From assembly GCA_016840035.1 (NCBI GenBank), contig JAEOTC010000111.1, positions 3,657 through 67,656 of the forward strand: 64,000 nucleotides of DNA. Reading direction: 5' to 3'. This document shows positions 9,611 through 19,241 of this stretch, piece after piece (the stretch's first letter is position 1; the number at the start of each line of letters is the position of its first letter). The notes under the pieces are model-generated. The model was given only the letters and a program-made list of their open reading frames with translations. It did no database searches and was not told the origin of the DNA. A program made the translations under genes and the position numbers. Source of the stretch: Candidatus Hodarchaeota archaeon (GTDB lineage Archaea; Asgardarchaeota; Heimdallarchaeia; Hodarchaeales; Hodarchaeaceae).

Positions 9611-10282
9611 TTGGTGAAAGCAATTATGAAATTCGGTCCAACCTCCTTTTCGGATGATACAGAACTTACACAGCCTATTACTTCCTTTGGTCCACTGGTT
9701 GCAAAGGGAAATCTATATGCCCCACAAATTTCTACTAATGGGCCTTGTTCAATTGGACAAAACTTAGAAATTGACGTTTCATTGAAAGTAAATGGGCCTT
9801 TGATTGTTAAAGGTTCATTCACTTGTCATAGAGGAGCATCAGCGAAGGTAAATGGCCCAGCAACAATTAACAACGGTATTATTGGGGGAACTATCCGAAT
9901 AAATGGCCCTCTCAGCACACGATATGTTGAAGTTGAATCTTTCAAAGTGAATGGCCCTTTAACCGTAACTGAGGATCTTATCGCGGAAGAAAACGTCGTG
10001 ATTGGAGTTGGAAGGTCGAGTAAAAGACGGGAGAAGCAATCAGTCCTAGTTGGGGGTGTCATTGAGGCTCCTACTATTCGAATCACAAACTACTCATCTA
10101 TGTTTTCCGCTACAAAGATTATCAAAAAAGTAATTGGGATGAAAAACAAATTTGATAGAGTTCTCACTCTAGAAGATTTAACATTTAAGGCTGATACACT
10201 TGAATTAGAAGGTATTGAACTAGAAAATTGTAATACTTCTGAAGTTGGGGAAATAATCTATCTCAAAACTAATAGAGATTGA
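9611..10282 (+). CDS. bactofilin-like beta-helical repeat protein
   Basis: Seven Gly-Pro turns (FGP x2, NGP x5) at residues 9, 27, 44, 62, 82, 99 and 115, giving a 16-20 residue period. Sequence context KVNGPLIVKGSF, KVNGPATINNG, RINGPLSTRYVEV, KVNGPLTVTEDLIAEENVVIG. TTG start at 9611; an ATG at 9626 is possible. Confidence 0.5.
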   Translation: MVKAIMKFGPTSFSDDTELTQPITSFGPLVAKGNLYAPQISTNGPCSIGQNLEIDVSLKVNGPLIVKGSFTCHRGASAKVNGPATINNGIIGGTIRINGPLSTRYVEVESFKVNGPLTVTEDLIAEENVVIGVGRSSKRREKQSVLVGGVIEAPTIRITNYSSMFSATKIIKKVIGMKNKFDRVLTLEDLTFKADTLELEGIELENCNTSEVGEIIYLKTNRD

Positions 10283-10299
10283 TGGATGTACTTTCAAAT

Positions 10300-10332
10300 A
10301 GGAATGAAATTCCTTTCCCCTAATTTTTTTTT
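10300..10332 (+). terminator. hairpin plus T-run terminator candidate
   Basis: AGGAAT-GAA-ATTCCT stem-loop (10300-10314), then a run of nine T at 10324-10332, 18 nt after the stop of the preceding CDS. Confidence 0.4.
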
Positions 10333-10475
10333 ATTAACTTAGGAGTAGAACTACGTCTAAGTATTCAATTTTGATTACTTATTACACTTATTTACTCGAA
10401 TAATGGATGATTTTTCTGTCACAGAATAGTGAGTAGAAATTTATTGCTCTCATTAAACTACAAGAGAATTTCAAG

Positions 10476-11381
10476 ATGAACGTGAACCCTAAAAAAAAAG
10501 AATTAAATCAAATTTCAATTGTTCAAACATTCAAAGGCCTTGTTATACTCGCACGTCCCGCCGATGGGGTTATTATTGGTGGAACTGTTATTCTAGGAAT
10601 GATCATTGGCTTACACAAGCTCCCCAACGCACTACAGATGACCTTAGGTTTAATAGGGGGAATTTTACTTCTTGGTGGGATGGACACATTCAATGATTAT
10701 CTGGATCTTGAAATGGATTCTATATCAAAGCCTTGGAGACCCCTACCTCAAGGATTAGTTAGTCCTACAATTGCCTTATTAGCTGCATTAATTGAAACCC
10801 TTCTTGGTTTAACAATTGGAATTATACTTTTCAATTCTCAAGTTATAATTGTTGGTTTGATTGCAATAATCTTGGCTGTTGTATACTCAAAGAAATTGAA
10901 ACCATATTTTTTAGCAAAAAATCTTATTGTAGCATTTAGTCTATCCTTAGCCTTTCTGGGAGGTGTTTTAGCTGTCAATACAAACCCCCAATTCAATTTG
11001 CACTTCGTTTTAATTCAATTATTAACATTTTTAGCTGCATTGAATTTTGAGATTCATAAGGATCTTGGAGATATTAGTGGAGATTCAAGATATGATGTAA
11101 AGACTATACCTTCTATATTCGGCCGGAAAATTACAGAAAAAGTGGTGATAGTTGGATATAGTTTATGTTGGATCATTGCCTCACTTTTTGTTTTACTATA
11201 CGATTTTGACCTAATTTACTTACTTATCTTAATATTTGCCTTTCTTTTCTTAATAACTGTCTTCTTTTTATTAATCAAAGATTCAGAGAAACATATGGAA
11301 TTAACCAGACGCATGACCAATTTAACTATGGCGTTTATTCTGCTAGGTTTAGCTAGAATTTCCTTAATATCTTTAAACTAA
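10476..11381 (+). CDS. UbiA-family prenyltransferase (DGGGP-synthase-like)
   Basis: FNDYLDLEMDSISKPWRPLPQG (NDxxDxxxD plus RPLP) and second motif KDLGDISGDSRYDVKTIP. About 8-9 hydrophobic segments. Confidence 0.75.
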   Translation: MNVNPKKKELNQISIVQTFKGLVILARPADGVIIGGTVILGMIIGLHKLPNALQMTLGLIGGILLLGGMDTFNDYLDLEMDSISKPWRPLPQGLVSPTIALLAALIETLLGLTIGIILFNSQVIIVGLIAIILAVVYSKKLKPYFLAKNLIVAFSLSLAFLGGVLAVNTNPQFNLHFVLIQLLTFLAALNFEIHKDLGDISGDSRYDVKTIPSIFGRKITEKVVIVGYSLCWIIASLFVLLYDFDLIYLLILIFAFLFLITVFFLLIKDSEKHMELTRRMTNLTMAFILLGLARISLISLN

Positions 11382-11395
11382 AACTCAGTTCTTGT

Positions 11396-12811
11396 TCAGG
11401 TTAAGTTTCTATTTATTGCTCTTCCAGCAATAATTCCAGATATACTTGCCTGAACTAATGACCGGGTAACACCTGCACCGTCCCCTATTGCATATAATCC
11501 TGAAATGGTCGTTTCTAGATCTTTGGAAACCTTGATTTTACTCGAATAATATTTAGTTTCCACTCCGTATAGCAATGTGTTCGAGGAATTGACCCCAGGT
11601 ATAATGTTATCAAGAACCTCAATCATTTCCAAGATGCTACATAGGTGTCTATAGGGAAGAACAAAAGATAAATCCCCAGGAATCGCTTCCTTTAACGTAG
11701 GTTCGATAGCAGATCTTTGAATTCGGTCCGAATTTGAACGTCTTCCTCGTCTTAAGTCTGCAAGTCGCTGAATTATTACATTACCTTTTGTTAATAGGTT
11801 AGCTAACTTACTGATAGATCTACCATATGCGAGGGGATCATCAAAAGGTTCTGTAAAGCGACTACTAACCAACAGAGCAAAATTTGTATTTTTTGTCTCA
11901 TTCTCTGCATTTGAATAAGAGTGACCATTAACAGTAATCCATCGTTCTCCTGTTTCTGGATCATGAACTATTTCTTGAGTTACAATCCCTTTAGGACAAA
12001 CACAGAACGTCCTGCATTCTTGTTCAAACGTTGGAGAATAATACTTCGCCTTAAATTCATATAGAAGATCAGTAAGTTGTGAACTAATTTCTGCTGGTAA
12101 TTCAACTCGTACTCCAATATCTACAGGATTATTTTCTAACTCCAAGCCTATTCTTAAAGACTCATTTCGAGCCCAAGCGGCACCAGAACGCCCTGTTGCC
12201 ATTACTACAAATTTAGACTTATACATTCCTTTATTTGTTCTAACCCCAATAACTTGAGATCTGTCAATAAGAATCTCCTTAGCAATTTCGTCAAAATATA
12301 CAGAAACTTTGGTTGTTGAAACTAAATATTCATACATTGCCAATAAGACATTAAAACATTGATCTGTCCCTATGTGTAACAACCGATAAGGAATAAGTGT
12401 GATTCCATATATTAAGGCCGTTTTTCGAATTTCATCAACTTTCTTTCCCTCTCCAGTAACCAATCGCTCTTTAGAGGCCCCGAAATGAATATATGTTTCC
12501 TCTACTTCACTAATATAATCTTCGAGCTTATTGAGAATAACATAATTAGATAAATATCCCCCAATGTCAGCAGTTAAGGTCAGCTTTCCATCAGAGAAAG
12601 CTCCAGCTCCACCCCATCCCTGCATAATATCGCTCTTGCTAAGATTCCTTTTTTTTACTCTTTCTGATAATTCACTACCACTCTCAAGCATTAGGATTCT
12701 AATATTGGTTTTTTGTGATTTTACTAACTCCAGGGCTGCAAAGATTCCTGCTGGACCTGTACCGACAATGATGATATCGAATTGTTCTAAATTTTCAACT
12801 TCAGGTTGCAT
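11396..12811 (-). CDS. FAD-dependent oxidoreductase (COG2509-like)
   Basis: N-terminal dinucleotide fold FDIIIVGTGPAGIFAALEL...LESG and C-terminal AIGDGAGVTRSLVQASISG. Confidence 0.7.
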   Translation of the reverse strand: MQPEVENLEQFDIIIVGTGPAGIFAALELVKSQKTNIRILMLESGSELSERVKKRNLSKSDIMQGWGGAGAFSDGKLTLTADIGGYLSNYVILNKLEDYISEVEETYIHFGASKERLVTGEGKKVDEIRKTALIYGITLIPYRLLHIGTDQCFNVLLAMYEYLVSTTKVSVYFDEIAKEILIDRSQVIGVRTNKGMYKSKFVVMATGRSGAAWARNESLRIGLELENNPVDIGVRVELPAEISSQLTDLLYEFKAKYYSPTFEQECRTFCVCPKGIVTQEIVHDPETGERWITVNGHSYSNAENETKNTNFALLVSSRFTEPFDDPLAYGRSISKLANLLTKGNVIIQRLADLRRGRRSNSDRIQRSAIEPTLKEAIPGDLSFVLPYRHLCSILEMIEVLDNIIPGVNSSNTLLYGVETKYYSSKIKVSKDLETTISGLYAIGDGAGVTRSLVQASISGIIAGRAINRNLT

Positions 12812-12839
12812 AGAACAAGGTACCTACCTAAGAAACCAA

Positions 12840-14282
12840 TCATGTATCCTTGATCCCAGAAAGATATTTAGCAATTTTTTTTCGAGCATCAACGTCGTAT
12901 TGTTTTAGAATTGCGATATCTTCCATAACTGGGGAGCCTCCACCGTGTACTCCTGCTACTGCAAATACACCACCAATTGAGGAGCATAATGCATCTGATA
13001 TCGATCTATAGAGTTTATAAACATCTTCAGCAGGTACATCTGCCTTACGCTTAATGTATTTCTGAAGAAGAGGACCAATTTTTTCCTCATCAAAGAAATC
13101 TTTCTCAAAAGGAAGTGTTGCGGGTAATCCACCTGATAAATCGGCAAGTGTATCTAATTCATGATAATAATTTTTTCCTGCGTGTTTTCTTCCTACATTA
13201 CAGAACATCGGATCAGGAATCATTGTACCACATTCATCTTTAGTAGCTTTGTAAGCGGCAGCGATTCCACTAGCATATACGAGCTCTGCAACACTAATTA
13301 AATCTGCAAGTTTTGACTGGACATGCTTCTTTTCTTCGATACCATTATACTCGCTCACTAAAGCGGAATATCCTAAAATAATGTCTGTTGACGATGGTTT
13401 GCATCCTGTATAACTATGACGATGATACAAAGCGAAAAGAAGTGCGAGCCATCCTCCGAATTGATGTTCACCTTCATATCCACCCAAGAATACTCTTTCA
13501 TTGGGTATAAAAGTATCATCAAAAACCACTGTTGTTTCTACATCACCAAAATAACCAGCAGGATAAGGATCAAATTCAGATTGTCTTTTTGATTCTGCAC
13601 GAGTGACAAGATACACCCCTTCCCAATCTGCAGGGATTGCAAATGCCACTGCATATTCATCCTCTTCTGAGGTTAAAAACCGAGTTGGAGTGACAATGAT
13701 CTCTTCCGCAACAGAGGCAGCAGTAATATGATGCTTGGCTCCACGGACAACTATTCCATCTTCTTTATGTTCAACAACTCGCAAATACAAGTCAGGATCA
13801 GCTTGTTGATGTGGCCTTAGTGATCGATCTCCCTTCGGATCGGTTTGTGCACAACAACCTACAGTATCATTATCTTGCCAGTCTTGTAACAACTTTAAAA
13901 AGCGTTGATTGTAAGGGCGTTCAGTCATCATTTCAGCTCTCGCAGTTATCACCGATAAAGCGTTTAGAGCATCTACTCCCATACACCGGAAAATACATCC
14001 TCCAGTAAAATGACAGATTTCTCGTGTTAAATCCTGTTTTTTCAATAAGTCATCCACAGATTGATGGATGTGTGTGAATCTATTAATAGTCTTTTTAGTT
14101 AAATGTGACTTAACTAAAATTAGCTCTTTAAATTCTGGATCATCAACACAATCAAATGTCTTACAGAGTACATTTATGGCACCAGCAAGTCTTGAATCAT
14201 CTCTTGCAACCTGTTCACCGTTTATATAGACATTTGGTTTCATTTGATACAATTGTTCTTTATATTGATCGGAAGTTTTCAT
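12840..14282 (-). CDS. abfD: 4-hydroxybutyryl-CoA dehydratase/vinylacetyl-CoA isomerase family protein
   Basis: HpaB/AbfD-family length. Cluster ligand spacing matches AbfD: GGCIFRCMG (Cx3C) and HRHSYTGC (H-x6-C). Also CCAQTDPKGDRSLRP and IVVRGAKHHIT. Confidence 0.75.
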   Translation of the reverse strand: MKTSDQYKEQLYQMKPNVYINGEQVARDDSRLAGAINVLCKTFDCVDDPEFKELILVKSHLTKKTINRFTHIHQSVDDLLKKQDLTREICHFTGGCIFRCMGVDALNALSVITARAEMMTERPYNQRFLKLLQDWQDNDTVGCCAQTDPKGDRSLRPHQQADPDLYLRVVEHKEDGIVVRGAKHHITAASVAEEIIVTPTRFLTSEEDEYAVAFAIPADWEGVYLVTRAESKRQSEFDPYPAGYFGDVETTVVFDDTFIPNERVFLGGYEGEHQFGGWLALLFALYHRHSYTGCKPSSTDIILGYSALVSEYNGIEEKKHVQSKLADLISVAELVYASGIAAAYKATKDECGTMIPDPMFCNVGRKHAGKNYYHELDTLADLSGGLPATLPFEKDFFDEEKIGPLLQKYIKRKADVPAEDVYKLYRSISDALCSSIGGVFAVAGVHGGGSPVMEDIAILKQYDVDARKKIAKYLSGIKDT

Positions 14283-14397
14283 CTATTTCACGTACCAGTG
14301 TATTTTTACCCTTTACTAATTTCTGATAAACATCTTTTAAATCTTCAGAAGGTGATCTTCAGTAAAATATTGGAGAGAGAAATATACCAGAGTTGAA

Positions 14398-14754
14398 GTG
14401 AAAAATATATCTATAGTTACAATAATTTTAAACGATGCTCCTTATGGATCAGAAAGATCCTATAACGGATTGAGATCTGCGATAGCATTACAAAAACAGG
14501 ATGCACAGGTTAATGTTTTTCTTATGGCTGATTCTGTTTACTGCGCGCTGAAAGATCAAACCACCCCTGAAGGATATTATAACATTGGACGAATGATTCG
14601 CGGAGTTACCACAAGAGGAAAAATTGGATCATGTGGAGCCTGTATGGATGCCCGGGGCCTTTCAAACCTAGAATTAATGAAAGGGGTTCATAGAAGCTCT
14701 ATGGCAGAATTAGCAAATTGGATCTTGACCAGTGATAAAGTAATAACGTTCTAA
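14398..14754 (+). CDS. DsrE/YchN-like sulfur-relay family protein
   Basis: 118 aa. IVTIILNDAPYGSERSYNGLRSAIAL is a typical DsrE-fold N-terminus, with a conserved Cys region GSCGACMDARG. GTG start. Confidence 0.6.
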   Translation: MKNISIVTIILNDAPYGSERSYNGLRSAIALQKQDAQVNVFLMADSVYCALKDQTTPEGYYNIGRMIRGVTTRGKIGSCGACMDARGLSNLELMKGVHRSSMAELANWILTSDKVITF

Positions 14755-14777
14755 AACGTGTGAATAGTAGGTAATAA

Positions 14778-17150
14778 TTAAAAACTCATATGTTCCGTAC
14801 GATGGATAATCTCATTTTGTAATTCCACACCTAAATTGACGAACAAATCACTATATCCAGCAACCCTAACAATTAAGTTTCGATATTTTTCAGGATGTTT
14901 CTGAGCATCTCGTAAAGTCTCTACCGAGACTACATTGAATTGGATATGATGACCATCCATTTTGAAATAGGAACGAACAAGATGAGCCACTTTCTGCAGT
15001 GATTTCTCATCATCCAAGAATTTTGGAGAGAATTTTTGATTTAATAGTGTTCCACCAGTTCTCTCATGATCAATTTTAGCAACAGATTTAAGGACTGCAG
15101 TTGGCCCTCTGATATCAGCACCTTGAACTGGAGATACTCCTTCGGAAAGAGGTTCCTTAGCAAGCCGTCCATCCGGTAATGCACCGATCATCCTGCCAAA
15201 ATAGACATGTACTGTTGTAGGAAGTAGATTTACCCGATGATGACCACCCTTGGTATTAGGTCTCCCATCGATGGCATTCCAGTAAATTTCAAACACATCT
15301 TTCATCAAGTTATCTGCATAGTCATCGTCATTCCCATACTTAGGAGTTTTCGTTAGCAATCTCTCTCGTAATGAATTAAAATCTTTAAAGTTATCTTTTA
15401 AGGCAGTTAATAGCTCGACCATTGTCACATGATTGTTTTCATAAATATTATATTTTATCGCCGCGAGAGAATCCGTAATAGATCCTAAACCTACTCCTTG
15501 AATATACGAACTGTTGTACCGCGCTCCTCCATCATTATAGTCTTTACCATTTTTGATACAATCCTTGGTAAGTAGTGACATAAATGGGGTGGGTAGGATT
15601 TGAGCCCACAGTCTTTCAATTATGTTATTCCCTTTGATTTTAATATTAATAAAATAATTCAACTGCTTAGTAAACGCATCAAACAACTCAATATAAGATT
15701 GAAATTCTATGGGATTACCTGTTTGTAATCCAAGTTGATTTCCAGTGTTAGGATCAATACCATTATTCAATGTTATTTCCAGAACTTTAGGTATATTAAA
15801 ATATCCTGTTAGAATATACGCTTCTTTTCCAAAGACTCCTGCTTCTACACATCCCGATGCACCTCCAGAACGGGCATCGATAATTGATTTTCCTTGTCGG
15901 GTTAATTCCTGAATGATAGTGTCAGTATTGAACACAGACGGTTGACCGTAACCGGTTTTAATGATATCTAATGCACGTTTGAGAAATCGATCGGGAGATT
16001 TCCTACTTATTTGAACCATCGAGCTAGGTTGTAATAATCGCATTTCTTCAATAACGTCAAGTAAAACGTAAGATAGTTCATTTACAGCATTTGACCCATC
16101 GCTTTTCACTCCTCCTATATTGATCAAACAGAAATCGGTATATGTATTACTTTCTTCCGCAGTTACTCCCACTTTGGGGGGAGCTGGCTGATTGTTAAAC
16201 TTAATCCAGAAAGATTGTAATAATTCCCTTGCGGATTCTTCCGTTTGCGTCCCTTTCGCTAGATCCTGTTTATAGAGTGGATATAAGTTCTGATCTAATC
16301 GTCCTGGATTGTATGAATCCCATGTATTGAGTTCTGTGATAACTCCTAGATGAATGAACCAATAATGTTGCAAAGCTTCCCACATAGTTTGAGGAGCATT
16401 AGCTGGAACATTTTTACATATTTTTCCAATAGTTTCAAGTTCTTTTTTCCGCTCTGGATCAACTTCTGCTGCTGCTAACTCCAAAGCTTTTTCTGAATAG
16501 CGACCTGCGAATTGAATGAGAGCCTCTGCAGTAATATACATTGCTTTCAGTTCTTCTTTTTTGTCAAGAGCCTCTGGATCGTTGAAAAAATCAATGGATT
16601 GAATACTTTCTTCTATTTCTTTTTGAAAATCGTGCATTCCATGTGTCCAGAGATGTATTCCTCCTACTGTATGTCCAGGAGCTCTCTGTTCCATAAATTC
16701 AGTAAATATACCTGCGTTATACGATTCAATCCACTCACTATCTACACTGGCAAAAATTTTATCTCTAATTGAGCGTCCTTTCCAAAAGGGAGTAATCGTG
16801 TTTGCTTGGATGTTCTTGACTTCTTCATCTACAGAGAAGCTAATCTTCTCACGCGAATGTAGAATCTCGAAGTCTTGTTGTGAATGAGTACAAATCTCTG
16901 GATAAGTAGGTGTAGCTGTAGGTTCAGGTCCGCGTTCTCCAACTATGAGCTCTCCCTTGTTAATACAGATTTTCTTATGTTCTAAAATATATTTAAAAGC
17001 CTGAGCACGTGCAACTGGTATCGAAACTTTATCAGCTGCACCACTTTGGTAATATTCTGTTAGTAGCTTTGCTCTTTCAATCGATAATGAAGGTTGAGCA
17101 TTAATGCTTTGGTCACGAAGTTGTTTTATGCGTTCATTCAAGTCATCCAC
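14778..17150 (-). CDS. glycyl radical enzyme, PFL2/glycerol-dehydratase-like clade
   Basis: 790 aa. C-terminal glycyl radical motif IVRVAGYSDLFVNL and thiyl loop GGASGCVEAG. Confidence 0.9.
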   Translation of the reverse strand: MDDLNERIKQLRDQSINAQPSLSIERAKLLTEYYQSGAADKVSIPVARAQAFKYILEHKKICINKGELIVGERGPEPTATPTYPEICTHSQQDFEILHSREKISFSVDEEVKNIQANTITPFWKGRSIRDKIFASVDSEWIESYNAGIFTEFMEQRAPGHTVGGIHLWTHGMHDFQKEIEESIQSIDFFNDPEALDKKEELKAMYITAEALIQFAGRYSEKALELAAAEVDPERKKELETIGKICKNVPANAPQTMWEALQHYWFIHLGVITELNTWDSYNPGRLDQNLYPLYKQDLAKGTQTEESARELLQSFWIKFNNQPAPPKVGVTAEESNTYTDFCLINIGGVKSDGSNAVNELSYVLLDVIEEMRLLQPSSMVQISRKSPDRFLKRALDIIKTGYGQPSVFNTDTIIQELTRQGKSIIDARSGGASGCVEAGVFGKEAYILTGYFNIPKVLEITLNNGIDPNTGNQLGLQTGNPIEFQSYIELFDAFTKQLNYFINIKIKGNNIIERLWAQILPTPFMSLLTKDCIKNGKDYNDGGARYNSSYIQGVGLGSITDSLAAIKYNIYENNHVTMVELLTALKDNFKDFNSLRERLLTKTPKYGNDDDYADNLMKDVFEIYWNAIDGRPNTKGGHHRVNLLPTTVHVYFGRMIGALPDGRLAKEPLSEGVSPVQGADIRGPTAVLKSVAKIDHERTGGTLLNQKFSPKFLDDEKSLQKVAHLVRSYFKMDGHHIQFNVVSVETLRDAQKHPEKYRNLIVRVAGYSDLFVNLGVELQNEIIHRTEHMSF

Positions 17151-17934
17151 CTACTTGGACTTCTAAACCATAGGTTTCAAGTTGATTTTTAATTTTATTT
17201 AGTTCTTTATCGGAGGGAGTCGTTAATTGATGTGTAAATCGGTAGGATCTATTCAACCTAGGGTATTTTCCCTCGCCTAGTCGATTGTAGGGAAGAATAT
17301 TCACATTTCTGATCGAATTTAGTGATGCCGAAATAAACTCACTGATCTCTTTGATGTTACTTTCTGAGTCTGTGACACCTGGTATGATAGGAATTCGAAT
17401 GATTACCGGAATTTTCCTTGAATCTAAGAATTTCAAATTTTCTAATATTAATTTATTTGACACACCAGTGTATTCTAAGTGTTTTTCATCATCAATAAAT
17501 TTTAAATCATATAAATGCAGATTAACTTTCCCTAGAATCTGTCTCATTATATTTAATGAACTATATCCGGTAGTATCAAGCGTAGTATGAATGTTTTCTT
17601 TATTACATTCTTCAAGAATGGATATCAAGAATTCTGATTGCATAAGTGGCTCTCCTCCCGAAATAGTTACTCCACCACCCGATTCATCAAAAAAAATTAT
17701 GTCCCTCCTTACTTCTTCCATTAGTTCATTTAAACTGATTTCTCTACCTACGACTTCTGAAACCTCAGAATTGGGTTTAAGTATTAATTCTGGTTCTAGC
17801 TGTTGACTTTCTGGATTATGGCACCACCAGCAATTAAGTGGACATCCTTTGAAGAATACAGTGGTGCGAATCCCTGGTCCATCATGTACAGCGAACCGTT
17901 TGATATCAAAAATCATTCCTGATTGAGGTATCAT
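17143..17934 (-). CDS. glycyl-radical enzyme activating protein (radical SAM)
   Basis: FAVHDGPGIRTTVFFKGCPLNCWWCHNPE (CxxxCxxC) and GGGVTISGGEP. Its stop overlaps the start of the glycyl radical enzyme by 8 nt. Confidence 0.9.
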   Translation of the reverse strand: MIPQSGMIFDIKRFAVHDGPGIRTTVFFKGCPLNCWWCHNPESQQLEPELILKPNSEVSEVVGREISLNELMEEVRRDIIFFDESGGGVTISGGEPLMQSEFLISILEECNKENIHTTLDTTGYSSLNIMRQILGKVNLHLYDLKFIDDEKHLEYTGVSNKLILENLKFLDSRKIPVIIRIPIIPGVTDSESNIKEISEFISASLNSIRNVNILPYNRLGEGKYPRLNRSYRFTHQLTTPSDKELNKIKNQLETYGLEVQVGG

Positions 17935-18008
17935 TTCAAGTAAGGAAGATTCTTCTTCATTTAAATTGATTAATACTCCAATAATATATTCTTAAGACAA
18001 AGAACAGT

Positions 18009-19178
18009 TTACTTTCTTCTTTGTTTCCGATAGATGATACTTGTAACTGAAAATATGAGTATTAAACTGACTAGACTAAAACCCGGAGTTGAAGTCGTTG
18101 TTGTTTCCTCATCGGTAGTTGTCATCACATCGGATGTTGTTGTTGTTGGATCTACTGTGGTAGAAGATTCAGAAGTTGTTGTTAATCCTTCAATTGCAGC
18201 AGATACAGAATAATTATAGACATAACTCATGTTTGGAGTAATTACACCAACATCATATCCCTCACTAGATACCTCAACTAAGCAGAGATGATTAGCATCT
18301 GTAAAGTAATAGTCTTCAGGGAGATATGTATCTAATATTGGTCCTGCAATCAATATGTTAGAAAAATCTGAAGTTCCACCTCCAGAAGTTGTATACCACG
18401 TTCCATTTCTGAATGTATTATAGAAGTTATGAGCATGTCCACTTATAACTAAATCTACACCATATTGAACAAATAAGTCATGCCATGCATCTCGAGTATT
18501 TTGTGCAGCAGTAAGTCGATCGGGAGAGGGATTCAGATTCCAAAATGGGGTGTGGGTCATCGCAATTATTCGACTAATATTATTTGTAGCTAAATCATTC
18601 TCTAACCATGCCTGCTGTTCCGCAGCTAAGGTTAGATTCTGAAAATTATTGTATGCAGCATCAATGAAAAAATATGTGTTCAAAACAATGATATGTGTGT
18701 CATTCTGTGGAGTATTAAAACTGTAGTAGACTTCATTTCCAGGATTATCGACATTTGCAACATATGTTTCTAAAGTTGCCTCCGTTTGAAATCCATAATC
18801 ATATTCGTGATTTCCTACTGCGTAAAAGATCGGTATTTCGGCCGCAATAGAACCGAAGTTTGGCCACCAGTATGTATCCCATTGTGCCTGAACAGAACCA
18901 TCCCATACTACATCTCCTGAATGTAAGATGAACTCAATATCATGTTCCTGCTTCAACGTATTAATCATAGTAGCCAGTGTTTCGCATCCTGTATTATCAC
19001 TTTCTTCTGGTCTTGTATCACCAAGAAAAATAAATTTATAGTTGTCAAAGCTTGTGACTTCGTCTAGTGTTTGATCCGAAGAACCTGTAGACACTCCATT
19101 ACATAATATTAATGTTAGGAAAATACCTAGAATGGTTCCTACCTTAATGTAAATCCTCTTCATGTGTTTGCGCTCCAA
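18009..19178 (-). CDS. secreted calcineurin-like metallophosphoesterase with Thr-rich linker and PGF-CTERM tail
   Basis: FLGDTRPE, HSGDVVWDG, GNHEYD and GHAHNF motifs. Signal peptide. Tail TTTTSTPGFSLVSLILIFSVTSIIYRKQRRK. Confidence 0.85.
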   Translation of the reverse strand: MERKHMKRIYIKVGTILGIFLTLILCNGVSTGSSDQTLDEVTSFDNYKFIFLGDTRPEESDNTGCETLATMINTLKQEHDIEFILHSGDVVWDGSVQAQWDTYWWPNFGSIAAEIPIFYAVGNHEYDYGFQTEATLETYVANVDNPGNEVYYSFNTPQNDTHIIVLNTYFFIDAAYNNFQNLTLAAEQQAWLENDLATNNISRIIAMTHTPFWNLNPSPDRLTAAQNTRDAWHDLFVQYGVDLVISGHAHNFYNTFRNGTWYTTSGGGTSDFSNILIAGPILDTYLPEDYYFTDANHLCLVEVSSEGYDVGVITPNMSYVYNYSVSAAIEGLTTTSESSTTVDPTTTTSDVMTTTDEETTTTSTPGFSLVSLILIFSVTSIIYRKQRRK

Positions 19179-19241
19179 GAAATAACGACTGTGAGAATGT
19201 AACTCTATAAATACTTTTCGTCATTTGACTATACTTATGAC

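Noticed and set aside
9595-10086. Two minus-strand ORFs (75 and 86 aa) with repeated GPFTF motifs
   Set aside because: They are the mirror image of the repeated aatggccc (NGP) units of the bactofilin-like gene. The plus-strand frame is longer and has the regular beta-helix periodicity.
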